Shown: piece after piece, positions 41,633 to 53,295 of the stretch
Numbering within the stretch: position 1 is the first letter of the stretch
How the letters are laid out: every line of letters begins with the position of its first letter
NCBI RefSeq assembly: GCF_964204865.1
Contig: NC_135255.1
Span: 7,998,001 to 8,062,000 of the forward strand
DNA: 64,000 nucleotides
Source: Styela clava
Lineage: Eukaryota
Reading direction: 5' to 3'
Translations under genes and position numbers: made by a program
The notes under the pieces: model-generated
Database searches by the model: none
What the model was told of the DNA's origin: nothing
Seen by the model: the letters and a program-made list of their open reading frames with translations, nothing else

Positions 41633-44173
41633 TCAACTATATTGTCCATTTTTCTTCTGCATTAAACTTTCTCTGGCTTTAATGAAAGCCAAAATGTTAG
41701 CATCTGTATTACTATCACCAGTTGTCGGTATTTGTGACTCCTTCAAATGTCTTTGTGTCATATTAAAACCAGATCTCTGACTTTTTAAACTCAAACTTGA
41801 GTTATTTAAACTTTGATTTGTAGATTGTCTGCTCACTGAATCTGGCATAGGCAAGTTGAAACCGATTGGTGGAGACGGTTTTGCATATCCAGGCAAACCA
41901 ACGTCACCAATAGGCGACACTCTTTGTAAAGGAGAGAGTGATGTGTTAGATAGAGAACGATTATTGAAATTTTGTTCAAATCTTTGAGGGGATTCAGGCG
42001 GAGTTCTCCAAGCTTCTGTGGTTTTGATAGGATTTTGTGGTTGTTCAATTCTGTTCAGTCGATGATGACTTGAACTAGATGGCCTTGATCGTCCACTAGG
42101 TGGCCGTTTCGTTTGTTGGTCCCACCAAACATCGAAATCTCTTTGAATTTGAACTCTAGTTCTATCTAACAAATGATGTAAATGATCAATTTCTGCTTTC
42201 ATTGCTTTAAGTTTCATAAATGAGTTTTTGTATTTTAGTTTCGCTTCTTCAATTTGTTGTCTAACAAGTGCTTCTCTCTCATTTTCCTCAAACGAATCGT
42301 CTTTATCGTCGATATTACTACTCATGGTCATTTGAATAGCTCTCTTTTTCTTTCTTTGTTCCAGATCCGCTTTGAGATGATTAATTGCATTTCTAGCGTT
42401 ATTCACTTCCATTCCAAGTATTTTTGCTTCTCCATATCTCTGTTTTAACCGTTCTTTTTGATCCATAATGGCATCGTTTTGTGAATAATTTTGTTTAAAA
42501 ATTTCAAATGCTTCTTGGCGACCTGCAGACATATTAGGTTCTTTGACATGTGATTTTGAATTTATTAATTCTTTTTCGCTGTCTTTTTGATCAGATTCAT
42601 AAGTTGAACTGTTGTATCCAGATGAGGTTTGTAATTCGGAATTAGTATTAGATCTTGGAATATTTTGTGCTTGTGCATCAAGAACTTTTTTTCTTTCTTT
42701 TTTTAACATATTGACTAAAATATTTATTTCAGTATCTCTTTGTTGTAATATTTCTTTCAATCTTTTGATTTCTAATGGACTGAGTTCTTGTTCATCATTA
42801 TTAGATTGATGTTGACTCTGCGTATCCGGTCGAACATTCTCGTCACCATTTTCCTCGATGGCGGAAACTCCTTTTCTGTTCGCATACTTTTTCAACCTTC
42901 CATATGAATATTGAATCTTTCTCATATCACCACCGACATCGAGTGTTGCTTCTAAATCAGTATCGTTTAAATATGAAGCAATTAATTCATCTAAATACTG
43001 AATTTCTTCAGTTGTAAGTTGGTCACTTCGTTGTTCTCCTGTTGTTAAAGCCAACTCATCTTTCAACGACTGAATTTCTTTTTTCAATCTCAGTATCATA
43101 AGCTTGGGATCTAGTTCTTCATTCAATGTTGCTTCGTTTTTGATTAACGCAACACGTTGTGCGAATCGACATGTTGATATTGATTCATCTACGTTCTTTT
43201 TATCCACAGAAACAGTCGCAATCATAGTCGTCATGCAATTTCCACCGAGGCTATCACGAAGGACGGAAGTCATCATTGAATTGCGATATGGAATGTGCTG
43301 CCGATTTTTTTCCGATAATGAAATGATAACTTGCTCTAAAAAATGAAGTGAAAGATTGATATATTTAACTTCAGTGAGAAGTTGGCCTCCAACGTTCGTT
43401 TTAGCAACTCGTTCAGATCCTGCTAAATCAACGAGATGCAGTTTCGATCTTCGAATTGTAGCTGAGCCCGGTTCTCTACTTGTTATATGAATAGTGAAAA
43501 TACAATGAGATCGCGTTGATGCTTGATTCATAGGAGTTTCAGCAATCATTCTATTTGTGTCACCTAAAAATAATAAATTCAAAGCGTCTTCAATATTTTG
43601 AGCTGGCAACATTGATAAGTTTTTGAGGTGAATATTTTGATCAGGATCTTCCATTAAAGCCACTTTAGGCAAATCTTCTAATTTTGCAGCTTCATGTCGG
43701 GGGTCAAGTAAATCATAACCATTTTCATTATAAATTTCTAGATAAGATACTTCCGTTGAATAAATATGGTTCTTATCTTGTTCAAATTTTTCAAAAAGAT
43801 AAGATAAAGATCGGGGAATGATTCCTCTATCTGCAAATTTTTCAGCGCCCCCCGTTATTGTAAAAGTCTTTCCACTTCCTGTCTGCCCATAAGCAAATAT
43901 TGTTCCATTATACCCAGCCAGTACATTATCAGCAACGTCCTTTGCTACATGTTCAAATACATCATCTTGTTTTGCCTGTTGATCAAATATTTTTTCGAAT
44001 GCAAATTTATAATTTTCTCTTTTATTGTTGACAAATCCTTCCAACTGATCTCGCGGAATGACAAATTCAATTGATGATTTAGGAAGAGTCTCATCATCAT
44101 CGATAGAAAATATTCCTGTTCGTGAACGAGTTGGCTTTACCCTGCAGAAGATCTTGATTGTCTGTTTCACCAT
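41633..44173 (-). CDS. KIF6: Kinesin-9 family motor KIF6, 846 aa, single coding exon
   Basis: Uninterrupted ORF with MVKQTIKIFCRVKP N-terminus, P-loop GQTGSGKT, MNQASTRSH, DLAGSER, HIPYRNSMMTSVLRDSLGGNC and C-terminal TGDSNTDANILAFIKARE, all characteristic of KIF6. A splice acceptor (TTTAAG, AG at 44206-44205) lies 31 nt upstream of the ATG. Confidence 0.96.
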   Translation of the reverse strand: MVKQTIKIFCRVKPTRSRTGIFSIDDDETLPKSSIEFVIPRDQLEGFVNNKRENYKFAFEKIFDQQAKQDDVFEHVAKDVADNVLAGYNGTIFAYGQTGSGKTFTITGGAEKFADRGIIPRSLSYLFEKFEQDKNHIYSTEVSYLEIYNENGYDLLDPRHEAAKLEDLPKVALMEDPDQNIHLKNLSMLPAQNIEDALNLLFLGDTNRMIAETPMNQASTRSHCIFTIHITSREPGSATIRRSKLHLVDLAGSERVAKTNVGGQLLTEVKYINLSLHFLEQVIISLSEKNRQHIPYRNSMMTSVLRDSLGGNCMTTMIATVSVDKKNVDESISTCRFAQRVALIKNEATLNEELDPKLMILRLKKEIQSLKDELALTTGEQRSDQLTTEEIQYLDELIASYLNDTDLEATLDVGGDMRKIQYSYGRLKKYANRKGVSAIEENGDENVRPDTQSQHQSNNDEQELSPLEIKRLKEILQQRDTEINILVNMLKKERKKVLDAQAQNIPRSNTNSELQTSSGYNSSTYESDQKDSEKELINSKSHVKEPNMSAGRQEAFEIFKQNYSQNDAIMDQKERLKQRYGEAKILGMEVNNARNAINHLKADLEQRKKKRAIQMTMSSNIDDKDDSFEENEREALVRQQIEEAKLKYKNSFMKLKAMKAEIDHLHHLLDRTRVQIQRDFDVWWDQQTKRPPSGRSRPSSSSHHRLNRIEQPQNPIKTTEAWRTPPESPQRFEQNFNNRSLSNTSLSPLQRVSPIGDVGLPGYAKPSPPIGFNLPMPDSVSRQSTNQSLNNSSLSLKSQRSGFNMTQRHLKESQIPTTGDSNTDANILAFIKARESLMQKKNGQYS

Positions 44174-47100
44174 TTTGTATTATAGACAGATTGTACATTT
44201 ACTCCTTAAATAAAATATGAGGAAATAAAAATGTGGAAAATAATTGAGATATTCTCCACATCCAACATTTTTAAAATCTAATAAATATATAGGCTACCAG
44301 TATGCTTTTCTTTTTTACATTCTATCATCAGTATAAAAAAGCCTAATATTGCCAGATACTTATATTTACTTGACTAAAACATTTCACTGAAAACTATACC
44401 ATATATCAAAGTATATAATAGCAGAAAAGTTTAAAGTCAATCTAGCACTCAAATATTTTCTAGTTTCGTAGAAGTTGGCTATGAAATGCTCGTACTATCA
44501 CATCAATGATTACTCTCCTTCAGCCAACCCTTCGAAAAAGAAATATGTGCAAGAGAATTGCTAAAACCCTCACATTCACTCTTATTATGGACAAAATCCC
44601 AATTTTTCAATACGGAGAAGAATAACAAACGAGAATATTGGACAACTGCTTGCTGTCATTAGCAGTTTCCGTAAGCTCTGATAAGTAACAGTTTCCTCAA
44701 CCTTGAGTCCATTCATTTGAAACGAAAACCTCCCACACATGACATTGTCTACAGTAAACCGGATCTGAGACGTCTTTTTACTCAGAATGAAGATGAAAAT
44801 GACATCTTATCTTTAACGCTCGATCAAGCGCATACAGGTCACAGGTTCATGACATATTCTAAACCAATAGGGACTTATCTCTAGGCTAGAAAAAAATTTC
44901 GGCCAGTTTTGTATTCAAATTAAACAATGGAAGGTAGAATTTGAATCATATGGAATACTATTACATTGTTCTGTTGTTTTATCTGTTGAGAAACTTGTTA
45001 CTCAATTCATTACTTGGCATATTAGAAAAATGAAGTTAGTTTTTGAAATTGAAGACATGTTGCAGGGTTGGGAGGTAGTCACAAAATGAGTTTGAATTTT
45101 GTAAACACGTAACAACAAAGTATTAACGTCAAGAACTAGCATGTCCTTGAATATGTTTCATTTGGGTCCAATGGCTAACTCATCGACTGTGCTATTGAAT
45201 TTGTTTTGAATCAGTGAATTCTGTATTACTTTTGATGTTTCAGCATACAGGCATGGAATAAATTATATACCGGTACTGTATATAATAAACTAAATTTGTT
45301 CATTTTCTGGTTTATTTAATTTAGGAATAAATGCTCCGCTAAGACCTTGCTCGGAGAGGATTTTAATTCAAAAAACGATCATTCAAATTGTCGCGGTGGG
45401 CAAACACGTGTATCTTCTTCTTGCATCTTTTTAACCTAAATCAAAGTAGCGTACGTTTGCTTCTCTTTCCTTCACAGCAATTAGTTCATCCCAAAAAATA
45501 GGAACTGGATGCACCGTTATTCTGGTAAATGTGAAGGTAAAATACACTTTTCCACTTATTCTTGCTTGATTCGATGCGTTGTTTACAAACGTTGCTCCTG
45601 GTTAGTATCGTTCCAGCTCATTTGTTGTCAAACCAGCCATGCATTGACGGATTTTTACTTTTTCCCTTGCTCTCCGTCTCCACCTTCTGTATACTGTCAT
45701 TTTTCGTTCTCTGGGTACGCCAGTTTAGTGGAGAAGTTTGGAGCAGTTAATGCAGTTATGTTCGGTAGTACTGTTCAGTTTTCAACTTAAACTGCAATTA
45801 ACTGTAATACAAAATATGCAGGATGTTTCCTAAAATATATTATTGAGACCAAATTTCCTTTTACTATCGATAGTTTATCTAAATATTAAAAAAAAATTAT
45901 GATTGAAAAATCCCAGATTCAGAGATTGGATCTGGAATACAATTTGGCAAATATAGGATAATTGGAAGAGGGCCATACGAAAGTAATTGACTTTATCGCA
46001 ATCCACCGGTACATATCCAACCTGGTAACTGATATCTGCTTTTCAACCATGCATTTCTTCATCTGTTTTGTACATTCTGACATTTGATAAATTATTAGGC
46101 TATTTATTTTTGGCATTTCTGACAACAAGCAATGTCAGAATGTGTCCCATACGTTTTTACTTGTTTATATTTATGCTATATACTGATATAGGAATCCAAA
46201 ACCCAGAATTTACAGCATTTAAAAGCAGCTTTATATATATTTATTGCAGGGCTAATTCTGGCAATTTCTCAGCTACCATAATCGTATACGAACATTTGAA
46301 TCATTAGGTTTTCATCAATCAGAGACGAAGGAGGTCGTTAAGATTCTATTACATTTAATTTTATCTACCAGAATTTTGCTGTTTTATTTCATGTGCAACA
46401 CTTTTTTACTCCATGTACATATGTAAGTTGCCCACGAATCCCAGCAATTATTTGATTTTATCATTTTAAATTGAGTTATAAGCATTGCCAGATTCTGAAT
46501 CGTGTCCATCTTTTTTGATGCACGTATTATTCTTATTTTATTTTTTTGTTGGGTGAGCGCATACTTGTACATTTTCTGACTTTATTTCAAGTTATGCTCG
46601 CCTTCCAAGTATGAGGTATCTCTGTATCTGTTGTCTGTTTTACTTTTTGTGTTGTTCTGTTCTACGTCAGAGTGCCAAAATAAAATGATTGATTGATTGA
46701 TAATACTAATACTGTAATACATGTAATAACGGTATTCCAAGACCTGATAGATGTCAATATCTGAATATAAACTACTGATATCAGGATATAGGGCCTAGCT
46801 GCATCATTTTGTTTTTATTGAGCTGTTGTTTTCTTTGAGTACTTGCCTACACTTTTGCATTTCGCTACCGAGTTATTACAGTATTAAAGTTTATACAACC
46901 CATGACCCAATTGTTATATACTGTATGTTACAGGTCAAAATGATATAATTCTGTAATTACGGTATGTTTGCATTATTTTAGTTATTGTCGTATGGTAAGT
47001 TCCTAACCCTGATACTGGCACTAGTTGTTTAAAACCAGTTTGTGAAGAGGTGAAATCTGGAAATGACATGTGAAATACAGCATAATTAATCATGATTGTC

Positions 47101-47224
47101 ACATTTTTTCCTCACCAACCTAATTATACCTTTGCTACAAAACCCGGTTTTGAACGAAGCTTCTCAGTGTGAATGCCTAGAATAAAATTTTGAACTAAAA
47201 TGTAATCATTTTGGATCTAGTATG

Positions 47225-47636
47225 GTATAGTACCACAAGTAGCCTACTTCCGGTGGGCATGGCATAACAAATTTTGCATATATTATTCCTAACCCCCACA
47301 TGAATATGTCATCCAAAAATTACATAACTTCGACGTCACAATCACGCCACAGAGCTTGCCAAAGTATAGCTATGATTACCAGAAACGACATTTCCGTTGC
47401 CGATAACGAACCCACTATCGCCAGTGATCTCTCTCATATCGGGAACGTTGCGACGAGGAAATGCGAGAATTGGCTTGTTCGATTTCAAGTCGCGCTTTTT
47501 GGACACCATCCGTACACTTTTGAGGGCTACTGGGACGTCGAAGTAATTTTTTGGTGACGTAGTCAGGTGGGTGTTAGGAATGACATATGCAAAAATTGTT
47601 GAGCCAGACCAACTAGAAGTACATGTGGTACTAAAC
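47225..47636. mobile_element. Old foldback/MITE-like element with ~110-bp imperfect inverted arms and a CpG-rich core
   Basis: Left arm GTATAGTACCACAAG...ATTCCTAACCCCCAC...ACTTCGACGTCACA pairs with right arm TGGGACGTCGAAGT...GTGGGTGTTAGGAAT...TGTGGTACTAAAC. Confidence 0.7.
47396..47407. promoter_or_regulatory. X-box-like motif in the KIF6/NSMCE2 divergent region
   Basis: GTTGCCGATAAC sits in the most CpG-dense patch between the two head-to-head genes. Confidence 0.35.
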
Positions 47637-47961
47637 TATTTCAGACCCATCATTTTATACAACATTCGTGACTGCGCTTTGATGAATTGGTTGGTTATTG
47701 AACATAATTTTTTATCTGCTGTCAGGCTGCGGATGATGCATTTTAATACTGCTCTTATATCTATATTTTGATATATTATCATGGCAGTCATTTAGATAAT
47801 AGTACAGGGCCATAATATTGTCAATCAGCAGAGAATTGTTAATGCTACAAATAATGTCATATTTTTAAAAAAACAGGGTTCAAATTAGTTTAAGAGCAAA
47901 GTGTTATATTTAGACATTTTTTACAGTTTGTTAATAAGTAAGTTGTTTCAAAATAGTTATC

Positions 47962-50900
47962 ATGAGCAACCCTGCTAATATTCGTTTGCTGGATAATACT
48001 TTAAGCAACATTAGTAAAATGTTGTATTATATTCGGACTGGATCTCAAGAACTTACAAGTGCTGGACTAGATTTACTCGAAAATCAGGGTAAATTTTTTA
48101 GTTTATCTTTGATATAAACAATTTTTTAGTGTTTTACTCCTAACATATGAACTTGCAAAGTTTCATAATATGTGAAAATATTCATTTTCAATATATCAGC
48201 ATTGAAATTTGAATGAAACAAGTATTCTTACTAAATAACCTAAGCATTCATTATGTTATCATTAAATTGTTGTTGAAAGTCTATACCGATTGTTCAAATT
48301 CTTTAACTTTTCTTCGAAATATTGACAAGTCTGCCTCTGCCACGAGCCCGCGACGCAGCTCTCTCTCGCCCGCCGAGGTCCCGCCCCATGGAATTTATTC
48401 AGGGATGGTTAAAATCAAATAATTCACTAGTGTGTATTAGAGATGTACCGATACCATTTTTGTCGCCGATACCGATACCGATCCGATACCAGCTAAAAAC
48501 GCCGATACCGATACCGATACGCCGATACTACAAAAAGGCCGATATTACCGATATTCCGATACCGATACTATGTAATTATTACTTAATTAGGTATGCTGTG
48601 TAGGGCAGACGGGTTAAAACAATGGTCTTTAAGCGTTGTTCATAGTACACATTATTTCAGATTGAAAAAAAAGATAGGCCTATATATATCACATAATATG
48701 AAATAATGTTTGGTATCCATATGCTGTAACTGATTAAGATACATTGTACAGAAACGCTAGTGATCTCGGTGTTCAATTAGAAAACTCATGAGCCGGGATG
48801 TCCAGTTTGAATTTAATGTTAATATCGCGAGCTTCAAATATCGTTATTCGTGTTTAAAAGAATATCGAATATCACCCACACATTCTAGCGCCGCCGTCCT
48901 ACGTTCAAATTAAAAGCATTTTACAAATATTTAATTTAGTGGCTAATCGTAATCGTCGACGCAATAAGTCAAAGCCAACATGAAAGAATATCAATCAGCA
49001 ACGACAAAAAGAAGGCCCACCGATAACCGTTGAGGATGTTTTTTTACTTCACTATTTTATAATATTTTACAATTGCTATCCTATATTTTGAGACAGTCTA
49101 GGGCTAGGCGGTCAAGTCAATATATCTATAAAGAAATCGTGTAGTTAAGCAGAATTAAAATTAATACCTGTGTAGTGGGATAATTGTGTCGGAATTTAGT
49201 TTATCGATGTCGACGGACTAAATGACACTTGTACTTGACGACAAACAGTCAGAATTTATACCCGTGCCAAAAGTCCATGTGCCGTTAATAAGGAAGGACC
49301 CCAATTCCACTGTATGATTTAAAACTGGGCGCCTAGTTGCTTTTTGTTATGTGCTGTGTTGATATATTTCTTCATAAAAACTATGTAATATTAAAAATGT
49401 CAATATAAAAATTTGACAGCGAAATAGTCAAATTAGTTGAGCTAGTTTAGCTGATAAATAGCTAATAACACGTGAATCCTATTCTCTCGCAGGGGTGGGG
49501 ACATGTATGGCTCATAGCTCACGATCTCTCCAGACAAAAATAAATTAAAAAGTAGTATTCCAACTTATCTTTTAAAACATTCTGGACCATATCAAAAAGG
49601 TAAATATATCGGTAATATCGGCCTTAATCTAACCGATACCGATACATGGCCGATACCAAAAAAATGGCCGATATTGCCGATACCGATACCCGATACCGAT
49701 ACATCGGTACATCTCTAGTGTGTATGTCCGCCATCTTGGTTTACATACTACGGGAGTACCCATGAAACACTATATATATAGGCACAAAATATACCAACAC
49801 AGTTAATACTGTAATCAGTGCAGAGCACTAAAAATAAAAAGGGAGTATAATATGTTTAGAGAAAAAACATCTTGATTAATATCAGAATATGGAATCTGTA
49901 GAGATTTGGATATTAATAAGTCACAAACAATGTTAACTACGAATATAAAATAAATATTCATTTTTGGCTCATGAAATCTGCTTAAATTACTGGTACTACT
50001 TTTTTAAAAGGTTCGTGAATTGATTATGCAGGAAATTTGATATTAAGATTGTTTCGTTCTGTTGGTTACGCAGTTACATTAAATAATACCATTGAGTATA
50101 TTTAAACCCATTCCAGATGTCAAGGTAATTTGCTTGGAATTTTAATAAAATTCATATAGTTATTTCATATTTACAGTTGAAAATCCGGGTATCACAGATC
50201 TTCAAGATTCATTGGTTGAATTGTTGAAAGCTGAACAAAGAGTGAATGCATTTTCATCATCTATCAATCAACTAAAAACAAAATGGCAGCAGGGAGAACT
50301 TGATGATTCAGTGGATATTGTTCAGGTTTGTAAGGTTTGAGAAAAAAGTACTGCGGATTGTGCTCACCACTTTTTAAGTAATTGTGTGTTCGCTAATCCT
50401 AACATCGCTGAATTCAATCAATGAATAAAAATTGTAATAGGATAATTACTAATTTTTTATTTTGAGCTGTGATAGTTATTTTGGCGAGGGCTTTATAAAA
50501 AAAAGATCCTGAATTTTTTTTCCAACTAAATTTCTTGAACTTCCCTTCCCCAGGGAGTCACAAATGTATTTCACAATAATCCAGTTAGGTCTCAAAATCT
50601 CATTCAACCTCATTGTGTGACTGGTACTAGTCAGATATTGATCTTATTCAGACTTTTATTTATATCTTACTGACAGTTAATTGGCAGGAGGAAGGGACTT
50701 TCATGACATTTGATTTAAATTAAATCGTGCTTTTAAAAAGTAATAATGAAAATTCAATCAATTAGATTGAAATTGAATGCAATTAGCTTTGAATAATGAT
50801 AGTTTTGTTAATATAAATTGAAATTGTTGAAATTTTCCATATATTTAAAATGAATCCATATTTGTTGTACCGAATTTATTAAGGAAATAATACTCTGAGA

Positions 50901-52872
50901 TTTGATTTCATCTTGTCGATTTTAAGATACCTAATTTTTTCCACAATATTAAATTACTTTTACGAAATATACCAGTAAAAAATAGTGACTATCTAGTCCA
51001 TTATTCAACATTTTTTCCCACTCAAGTAAGATGCTTGTTTTTATTATCTAAGTATCTTGTTATGTTAGGATATTTCAATTATCAGTTGGGAATGTATGGG
51101 TGTAATGCAAGGTTTCTGTAGCAAAAATAAGGATGACTGTTTAATTTGATGTTTGGCGCAAACTAACACAAATATATGTCTATAATCTTTCGTCTTACCG
51201 AGGTCAGACTTCTTCAGACAAGCATAAGCATATTTGAAGTTTCATAGTTGTTTGTGCATTTTGCAGCTAACTTCTAAAGGGCTTTATCAAAATACTGATT
51301 AATTATCCATTACCTACATTCAACTGTTATCAGGTTCTAGTACATACTTTCCCATTTTATACATCTAATTTTTTGTATGTTATTAGTCTTTATTTGCTTG
51401 AACTGAATTTAACACCTATAAGTTTTCAAGTTTTGCCCTTCGATGAGCTAACCGTCATGGAAATACCTTATTTTCAGGTTTTGGAAGACAGTTTGAAAGA
51501 GGAAGAATTGAAACATGATGATGTTGCAAATATTTGGGAACATGAACTGATGAAAAACTTCACTGAACAAATTAAAGCTGTTGATGAAAGTATGTTCAAA
51601 ACATTTAAGAGATCTGATGTAACGATATTTGATTCACTGTAGTATATATCTCGATGAGTGAAAATCATAAAATGTGGAGTCTGGAAAGTATAGTTCTTGG
51701 TTGCCAGTGATTTCGTGACAGTATTTCTTGCTTCATTACATTAAAAAAATCCAGTATATACAATTTACATATCATTGTAAATTTTTCATAACGTTTAATA
51801 GAATTAGTAATGTGAACAGCAATACTATGCAACTGACATCTCTAACAATTCATTCGTGCCACTGTCACTACACAAGATTTATTATTCGTTCAGTGGTTTG
51901 TCTGTTGGCATACCAGGTTAGAGATTCGACTGTAGTTGGTCAATTTATTAGGTCACTTCAGAAAAATCACAACCCAAAAAACACTTTTTTCCAGATTGGT
52001 TAGTATATAAGGAATTGGGTTGATTTTCTTTTTTCTAAACCAATGGCACCCCATGTTTATGTCTACTTTTGTATAGACTCTTAACAGAGCAAAGGTGTGA
52101 AATAAAAAAAAGATACCATTTTATCAGCTTATTTCCAAAATGGTATGGAATTTCTTTTAGATGTTCCTCTTCAACAAGGTCCAAATGCTTCAGAACCTGG
52201 TACTTCTGCTCACAACACTTCAGGAGATATACAAGCTACAGAAACACAGTCAGGAACAAAGTGTCCTATTACTCAGGTGGGGGAATGTAATATTTTACCA
52301 GTAATTTTTGTTTATCGAAGTAGCAGCGAGTCTGTGATTTTACCGTAATTTAATGTAGAATTCCTTTATGGTTCATATACGGAATATCTGTGAAACATAT
52401 TAATATAATCCCTCTTTCACTATTACGTGCTATTTTATGTGTTATATCCAAACTTTGCTGCAGAGCTTTTGGGTTCAATTGTATTATAATTATCGATATA
52501 TCCACAGGTCGAGATGACGGAGCCTTACAAAGATACAGTTTGTGGTCACAGATTTGAAAAAAATGCAATTATCGCTCATGTCAAGCAATGTCAGAAAAGA
52601 CGAAAAAAGGCTAAGTAAGACTTAAATTATGTTTTTCTACTACAACCGTATATTCACATGTGCCGCTTTGAATACAATAGAATTTTGCCATGTCAGAAAC
52701 AAAAAATGCCTATTGAATTGTTTTATATATTGGATATTGATATTCCTATCATTCTAGATGTCCATATCCGGGCTGTACCAACATAATACAAATGTCGCAC
52801 TTAAAAGATGATGCAGTTATGAAACGATCAATCCATTCAAGAAGAAGAGATGGGGAAGGCACCAGTCATTGA
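47962..52872 (+). CDS. NSMCE2: E3 SUMO ligase NSE2/MMS21 (SMC5/6 subunit), 241 aa
   Basis: Exons 47962-48088, 50177-50325, 51478-51589, 52161-52276, 52508-52614, 52758-52872. Helical N-terminus (..AGLDLLENQ) plus [33 protein letters not shown]...KKAKCPYPGC. Confidence 0.92.
48438..49717. mobile_element. hAT-type element family B copy 2 (1280 bp) in NSMCE2 intron 1
   Basis: Perfect 15-bp TIR TAGAGATGTACCGAT, perfect TSD GTGTGTAT, CCGATA arrays at both ends, no transposase ORF. Confidence 0.95.
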
Positions 52873-53295
52873 GACTATATTGTCTGAGTGTCCAACTCAA
52901 TGAAGAAAGCAGATGCAACATAAGCAAAAATGTCCATCAACATGAGAAAAACAATTCATGTTATGTCAACAGCTCAAGTGGGATTTGTTTTATGAGAGGC
53001 ATAGGCTACAGATAAGGCTTCGAAAAATGCAATTCTGGAGTATTAAGACTCATTGTAAAAATAGCCCCTATGAGCATTTTTATGTTTTTATTTTCATCGT
53101 TATAATACTGATTTTACATGTCAACAGCAAAATAAATTGAAGATAATACGTTGATAAAATATAGTTTCGCTTATAGATGATATAAAGGCACAGTGAAATA
53201 AGTTTCACGCAAAATGGTGTAGTACTTGGATATATTTTAAAGTAAGTGCAGCTCATCTGAAACACGACAGATTTGGTCGTCTGAGGGACTCCTCA

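Noticed and set aside
41833-43346. Small ORFs overlapping KIF6 in other frames or on the other strand
   Set aside because: They are shadow ORFs of the long KIF6 CDS with no recognisable motifs.
43364-43372. KIF6 EVKYINLSL instead of the usual EAKYINLSL as a sign of a dead motor
   Set aside because: It is a single conservative change; the P-loop and switch I/II motifs are intact.
48447-48570. Short repeats resembling a CRISPR or satellite array
   Set aside because: These are hexamer CCGATA repeats inside a transposon end, with no unique spacers and no cas genes, in a eukaryotic context.
48322-48603. ORF with PIPIPIR repeats
   Set aside because: It is a translation of the CCGATA subterminal arrays of the hAT element, not a protein.
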